DNA of 56,027 bases, filler included, from Squatina squatina (Eukaryota): the NCBI GenBank assembly GCA_031763465.1. It is 3 parts of 3 records of this genome, joined end to end, with 100 filler letters (N's around TTAATTAATTAA, not from the genome) between each part and the next. Parts side by side here need not be neighbours in the genome. Positions count along the whole stretch, not along the records: positions 34,187 to 56,027 come from JARFOE010000168.1; 2 more parts are not named here. One strand, written 5' to 3'. A model generated the notes under the pieces. That model worked only from the letters and a program-made list of their open reading frames with translations, searched no databases and had not been told where the DNA came from. A program made the position numbers and the translations under genes. Below, in pieces: positions 50,881 to 56,027 of this stretch (position 1 is its first letter; every line of letters begins with the position of its first letter).

Positions 50881-52000
50881 ACGGGAAGATTATAGGTCCA
50901 ACGAACTTATCCCTCCAAACCTCCCCTGATTTTTCTTGCTGTGATTCTGGAACTAATAGCACCATATCTCCCTAGCTGATAAGAATTCATCCAGTCTTTT
51001 TATGTTCACCAACATAGCAATTCCTTGTATGTAACACACTTTGGGATGTCCTGAGAGACATAGTGAGGTTCTATATAAATGCATCTGTTTCTTTCTGATC
51101 ACTGAGAAACTGGCATTTTTACTGCCTCTGGGACCTTTTCTATACAATTTTGTACATGATAATTGAAAAAAATTCTTGTTGTGAGTTTCTGCACCTTGCC
51201 AAGTCACCTGCCCTAGCAATAAGGAATGCTGGTTCTCAATACATGGTTTAGCAGGAATTTTCTACTGTGGAGCAGCAATATCTTATTGATCATGTTAGGA
51301 GAACTGTCAGATCCAAAAATCCCACATTAATCTCAAAAGTCCTGACAAATTGTCAGCAACGCCTTTAAGGTACTTAATCAATCACAACTCAACCAAGTGA
51401 GCTAGTACCCTTGAATGGCCAATATTCCCAACCTAATTATTTGATGCTGTAATCTTTTAATAGACTTCTCTACTGCTTGCTATCTGCACACTGTGAGATG
51501 CAGATACTTTGTAGTCTGGACCAGCTCGAGTCAGTTCTTCCCCTCCAGTTGGAAGATTGTAATCTGTCAAATATACGTTACAAGTACTGCTGTTTACCTT
51601 GAACATTGCTAAAACGATGCATTTTGTGAAATTGAAACAATTTTTTAGTTGCAGCATATGTTTGCTGTGGTATTGTTCAGGATTTGCTTTCACACGTAGC
51701 AGGAANNNNNNNNNNNNNNNNNNNNNNNNNNNNNNNNNNNNNNNNNNNNNNNNNNNNNNNNNNNNNNNNNNNNNNNNNNNNNNNNNNNNNNNNNNNNNNN
51801 NNNNNGGAAAAAGCACTTAAAAAAAATGAAACTTATTATGTATTGCCCCATCTTCTCTCTTTTCTATGATCATTTCCAGAATAAATTTTCACCAGATTTC
51901 CTTTTAAAAAAAACTATTAATCCTTTATTTAGCTGAACTTTGAAATAGTATGTATAACTTCAACTTTTTCCTCATTCAATCCCATTTCCACGTGCTGTAG

Positions 52001-52161
52001 ATTCTCCAGGGTTGGAGCTGAAATTCATGGTGGAGCCAAATTACATGAAGGCAGGAGAACAACACTGGTTTATGCAGTACTTGGCCATGCAGACATTGCA
52101 GATTGATGTCTGGGATGCAGAATCCTTGCTACTGATTGGCACTGCCACTGTGGAGCTAAAG
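52001..52161 (+). CDS. NPHP4: Nephrocystin-4 internal exon
   Basis: ctgtag|..|gtaatg, 161 nt, SPGLELKFMVEPNYMKAGEQHWFMQYLAMQTLQIDVWDAESLLLIGTATVELK. Confidence 0.95.
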
Positions 52162-52516
52162 GTAATGATTAATAAAGCAGAACAACTGGAGGATGTAAAA
52201 GACGCTATATAAATGCAAGTTGTTGTTATTGAGTATCAGTCGAGTATCAAACTATGTCAAAATACTTCAAGACAGACCAATCTACATTAACCCATGAAAT
52301 ACTGAGGCCCTCAGAATGGCAGATGTCCCAAGTTAATGCTTCTAAGCTGTGCATTGTAGTTATGCCAAGACTTCTAAATGAAATATTTAACATAAATGGC
52401 AATAGACTACAACTGGNNNNNNNNNNNNNNNNNNNNNNNNNNNNNNNNNNNNNNNNNNNNNNNNNNNNNNNNNNNNNNNNNNNNNNNNNNNNNNNNNNNN
52501 NNNNNNNNNNNNNNNN

Positions 52517-53000
52517 GGAGGGCAGCTTCTAAAGTTGGTTTTATCCGGTTAAGGATGAGTTGATCGACCACCTTGTCGGCGTTGACAGATGGGCAATGGG
52601 GTGGTAGCTTTTGGGATCATTGGCTGGTTTTCGTGACTTTTGGAGGGCAACAACTTTGGAATGGCACCAAACTCCTGGGATTTTCCCAGTGTCAAGGATG
52701 TTGGAGGTGAGCTTGCCAAGCCACATCAATCATTTGGGCCCTAGTTCTTGAGAATTTCCGAGTAGATACCATCAATCCCAGTGGCCTTCCCAGACTTGGT
52801 GGCTGTCAGCTCTGTGGTGAAAAGATGGTGTCCGGAGCAGCTTTCTGCACAGAGAGTTTAAGCAGGTTTTTCACTCTGCAGTGGGTTGATGGCGACCTGT
52901 ACGTGGTCTCCCTGTGTGTGCGCGAGTTTACCGAGAACTTGTCGGCTAATGTCAACAAGAAGATGACTTAACACCTGAAAGCAGCCTTCCAGTCTGAAAA
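52517..53000 (-). mobile_element. Non-LTR RT fragment, Ingi/Vingi- or RTEX-like, decayed
   Basis: KSGKATGIDGIYSEILKN*GP..WLGKLTSNILDTGKIPGVWCHSKVVALQKSRKPANDPKSYHPIAHL. Clade call from motif style only. Confidence 0.7.
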
Positions 53001-53039
53001 TCATAATCGACAATGCCAACAAAAGTTCCCTTTCGGGAC

Positions 53040-53220
53040 CAACCTGAAAAGGCGGTGGAAGCTGATTCCATAAATAATTTTAAAAAAAAGGTAGTTGGAC
53101 AGGTACTTGAGGGTGAGGACCTCATAGAGTTATGGACAAAAAGCAGGGGTGTAGGACTAAGCCCTTTCAAAGAACCACCAAATGGCTTCCTTCTGTGCTG
53201 TAAGTTTCTATGATTCTATG
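53040..53220 (+). mobile_element. CR1 3' end fragment
   Basis: cctgaaaaggcggtggaagctgattccataaataattttaaa..aaatggcttccttctgtgctgtaagtttctatgattctatg. Confidence 0.75.
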
Positions 53221-53856
53221 GATATGGATCCATATTTCACAATCTCATGAAGTAGCACATTGGTGCAGAGAGCCCTTAAGGAGATCTGCGGGCAGATTAA
53301 GTGGGAACGGTCGATCATTGATCCTCCTGAAAGACACTGAAGGGGTCTTGGCCAGTGCCTCTGTACCAGGACCAACATCATCAGCACCTAAATGTTTAGA
53401 AGATTCTTCACATTTCATTTCTGCTTGCTATTTCAATCCACCTTTGCTAATGTGCCATCAATCATAAGAGTTTTAATATTTTTTCCTCTTTTCTCCTTTA
53501 CCCATCCCTTACTTGCTTATGATTTAGGACTAGATAACTAATAGTTATTATTTGGGAATCCTGAATATACTTACTTATTGCAGAAAAAATATTCCCTCAC
53601 TCGCTTCCAAGCTAGCCACAGGCGAGGGAGTGGGTGAATGGACTGCTCCTAGCCCTTGTTATCACCATGCCAGAGTTGCCCACTATGGGGCATGCTTAAG
53701 GTCAACACATGTCCTCCTATGAACTGGCTGAGATTATGAACTTGCTGTGAGAATAAAGACTGGTGTGAGCCCAACTTTTGACCTATTTGGAATGTGTCCA
53801 CCAAACAGAGGGGTGTTTCCGTACTTCCACCCATTGATCTGTGTATTCTTTTTCAG

Positions 53857-54083
53857 ACAAAGCACGAGGAGCAGATCCACTACGAGAGAGACTTACAGAT
53901 CATAGAAGCATACCGCGAGCGGATTAAACCGGAAAGCATCACCAAGATGTTGTCCCAGGCCATCACCACGCAATACACGTTGTATGCCACACTTGGGAAT
54001 GCCGAATTTTTTGAATTTTCCCTGAAAAATCCCTACAGTGTTCAGCACACCGTAACCATTGAATGTGAACATCCGGAACTCAG
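53857..54083 (+). CDS. NPHP4: Nephrocystin-4 internal exon
   Basis: tttcag|..|gtacac, 227 nt, [65 protein letters not shown]. Confidence 0.96.
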
Positions 54084-54164
54084 GTACACTGTTCCCTGCG
54101 CAAGACCATGAAGTCTGGGCCCCAACTTTTCACTGTGTGGCACTTGCAACAAAGACTGCGGCCT

Positions 54165-54465
54165 ACCCGGGAATAAAAAGCCAGTAATAGTGACCACGAA
54201 ACAATCAGATTGTTGTAAAAACCCATCTGGTTCACTAATGTCAGTTAGGGAAGGAAATCTACCGTCCTTGCCTGGTCTGGCCTACATGTGACTCCAGACC
54301 CGCAGCAATGTGGTTGACTCTTAACTGCGCTCTGAAATGGCCCAGCGAGACACTCAGTTGTCAAGAAGGCGGCCCACCACCATCTTCTCAAGGGCAATTA
54401 GGGATGGGCAATAAATACTGGCCTTGTCAGACACGCCCACATCTCATGAACAAATTAAAAAAATT
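54165..54465 (+). mobile_element. SINE with CR1-type tail
   Basis: Body aaaaacccatctggttcactaatgtc..ggcctacatgtgactccagacc, tail caccaccatcttctcaagggcaattagggatgggcaataaa, A-rich end. Confidence 0.8.
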
Positions 54466-54660
54466 TAGAGGTAGAAGTGAGGGAAGATTTTCATCCCGTT
54501 ATTCTGGGTTGGATCTGAGTTCAAGATAAAAAGCAAGTACCACTTGGCTCCCTTTCCACTTTACTTTCAGAATCATGCAATAAAATACAAGCTTAACACA
54601 ACAGATTGTAGTTACTCTCTCCAGTATGGAGGTTGAGTGTGTGACTTGTATCTTTTCCAG

Positions 54661-54850
54661 CGTCATTGTGAACAGCAGAGAATGGAAGTACTTCAAGAAC
54701 CTCACCAAAACAGTGACCCCGTTGGAGGAGGACATGTTCCATGTTGAGGGAGGCATCCAGTTCCCACAGGTCTACCTGCGGCCGAAGGAGACTGTCTATA
54801 TCCCATTTAAATTCCAGACCTTCAGTGCCGACCACTCCATCGCTCCACAG
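54661..54850 (+). CDS. NPHP4: Nephrocystin-4 internal exon
   Basis: ttccag|..|gtacat, 190 nt, phase 2 start matches the previous exon, [42 protein letters not shown]. Confidence 0.96.
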
Positions 54851-55269
54851 GTACATTCTAGTCCGAGCTTTGGTAGATTTACATGTCTGCTATTTCCTTT
54901 ATTCCAGGCCCATTCCATTTTATTACATTTAAAAACAATGTGNNNNNNNNNNNNNNNNNNNNNNNNNNNNNNNNNNNNNNNNNNNNNNNNNNNNNNNNNN
55001 NNNNNNNNNNNNNNNNNNNNNNNNNNNNNNNNNNNNNNNNNNATCACATCACCGTTGTGGCACTTCTGTATGACTCCAACATACCTGCAGCCTGAAGCAC
55101 CTTTCCTACCATCATCCTCTTTAAAAATAAGTTCAAATTCACCACATAACTAATCACGGCCACTGATTTTCAACTTCCATCAAAATGTAAACATAAATAC
55201 ATATATAATAACACTTGGTAATAAAAATACAATCTCATTTATTCAATCACCTAAAGTCATTGGCCCTGA

Positions 55270-55640
55270 TAATATGATACATTAAATCACGGAGGACATC
55301 CCAAAGCACTGCCCATACAACACATTACTTTGAAATGCAGTTACTGTTTCTATGTCACAGCAGGCTCCCTCAAAAACACTGAGATAAATGCCCAATTAAT
55401 CTGTTTTTGGTCGTATTGATTGAGAAAAGAATATTGTCCACTGCTCCTCTTCATGTGGTGCCTGAGGATCTTAAACACTCACCAGAACAAGCAGACATGG
55501 CCTCATTTTAACATTTAATTCAGTGGACCCCCAACAGTTCTGTTCTCCCTCAGTAGTACACAGAAGATTTTATGATTAAGTACTAGAGTGTGATTTGAGC
55601 TCGTGGCCTCTGACTCAGAGGCAGAAGTGCCATCGCCTGA
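55270..55640 (-). mobile_element. Decayed SacSINE1/Deu-type SINE
   Basis: ggacatcccaaagcact..tttgaaatgcagttactg..ccctcagtagtacac..ctctgactcagaggcagaagtgc is the reverse complement of the Deu-SINE. Confidence 0.75.
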
Positions 55641-55810
55641 ACAATACTGTGACAATAATGGATTGTTGTCTGTGCTGGCATTTTAACTTGTATCTATTAT
55701 TACAGCATGTGAGGGGGTTTAAAAAAAAGCAGCTGGGTAAAGTTTTCACCAAATACCAGTGTTCCAAGCTTTACTGCATTTCCTTCAATTGTAAGATTTT
55801 CTTCTTTCAG

Positions 55811-55967
55811 GTGTTTTTTAAAATTGAAAATCAGAAGCCGATTGCCATTCTACAGGTGAATGTTGAAGCTCAGCCATATATTATTGATCAGACATTCCGC
55901 TTTTACCAGCCCGAGCTTACATTCCTGAAGAAATCTATCCGCCTACCTCCATTGCAAGCTCTATCAG
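55811..55967 (+). CDS. NPHP4: Nephrocystin-4 internal exon
   Basis: tttcag|..|gtatca, 157 nt, VFFKIENQKPIAILQVNVEAQPYIIDQTFRFYQPELTFLKKSIRLPPLQALS. Not reported in the ORF track. Confidence 0.95.
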
Positions 55968-56027
55968 GTATCACATTATTTAACTCTTACAACATAATAT
56001 TTCTATTTCATTCTAAATATTTTCCGT

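Noticed and set aside
55706-55740. Possible short NPHP4 exon before 55811
   Set aside because: The phase does not join 54850 to 55811 and the peptide does not match; the expected exon is probably in the 54943-55042 gap.

Overview
Vertebrate genomic DNA, almost certainly a shark or other elasmobranch, judged from its repeats (SacSINE1/Deu-type SINEs, CR1, L2, RTE, Penelope) and divergent vertebrate orthologues. It comes from a heavily gapped draft. Two artificial linkers (44N-TTAATTAATTAA-44N at 16869-16968 and 34087-34186) join three unrelated scaffolds. (1) 1-16868 holds the 3' end of CACNA1B (Cav2.2) on the minus strand, with both mutually exclusive 97-nt exons 37a and 37b, exons 38 and 39, and the terminal exon ending DDWC. 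(2) 16969-34086 holds four ABCG1 exons (-), a UMODL1-type FN3 exon (-) and the long coding exon of ZBTB21 (+), in the human 21q22.3 arrangement. (3) 34187-56027 holds two in-frame exons of a gene I cannot identify (-) and five NPHP4 exons (+). Many expected exons are missing and probably lie in the N gaps. No prokaryotic-type systems, CRISPR arrays, rRNA or tRNA genes were seen, and most ORF-track entries are noise or run through Ns. The best novel candidates are a GC-rich ATG exon encoding a Cys-rich signal anchor upstream of ABCG1 exon 5, the unidentified acidic protein at 35.1-36.1 kb, and the Cav2.2 splicing switches. I cannot claim a new biological system. Gene identities and exon numbers come from recalled human sequences, not from a database search.
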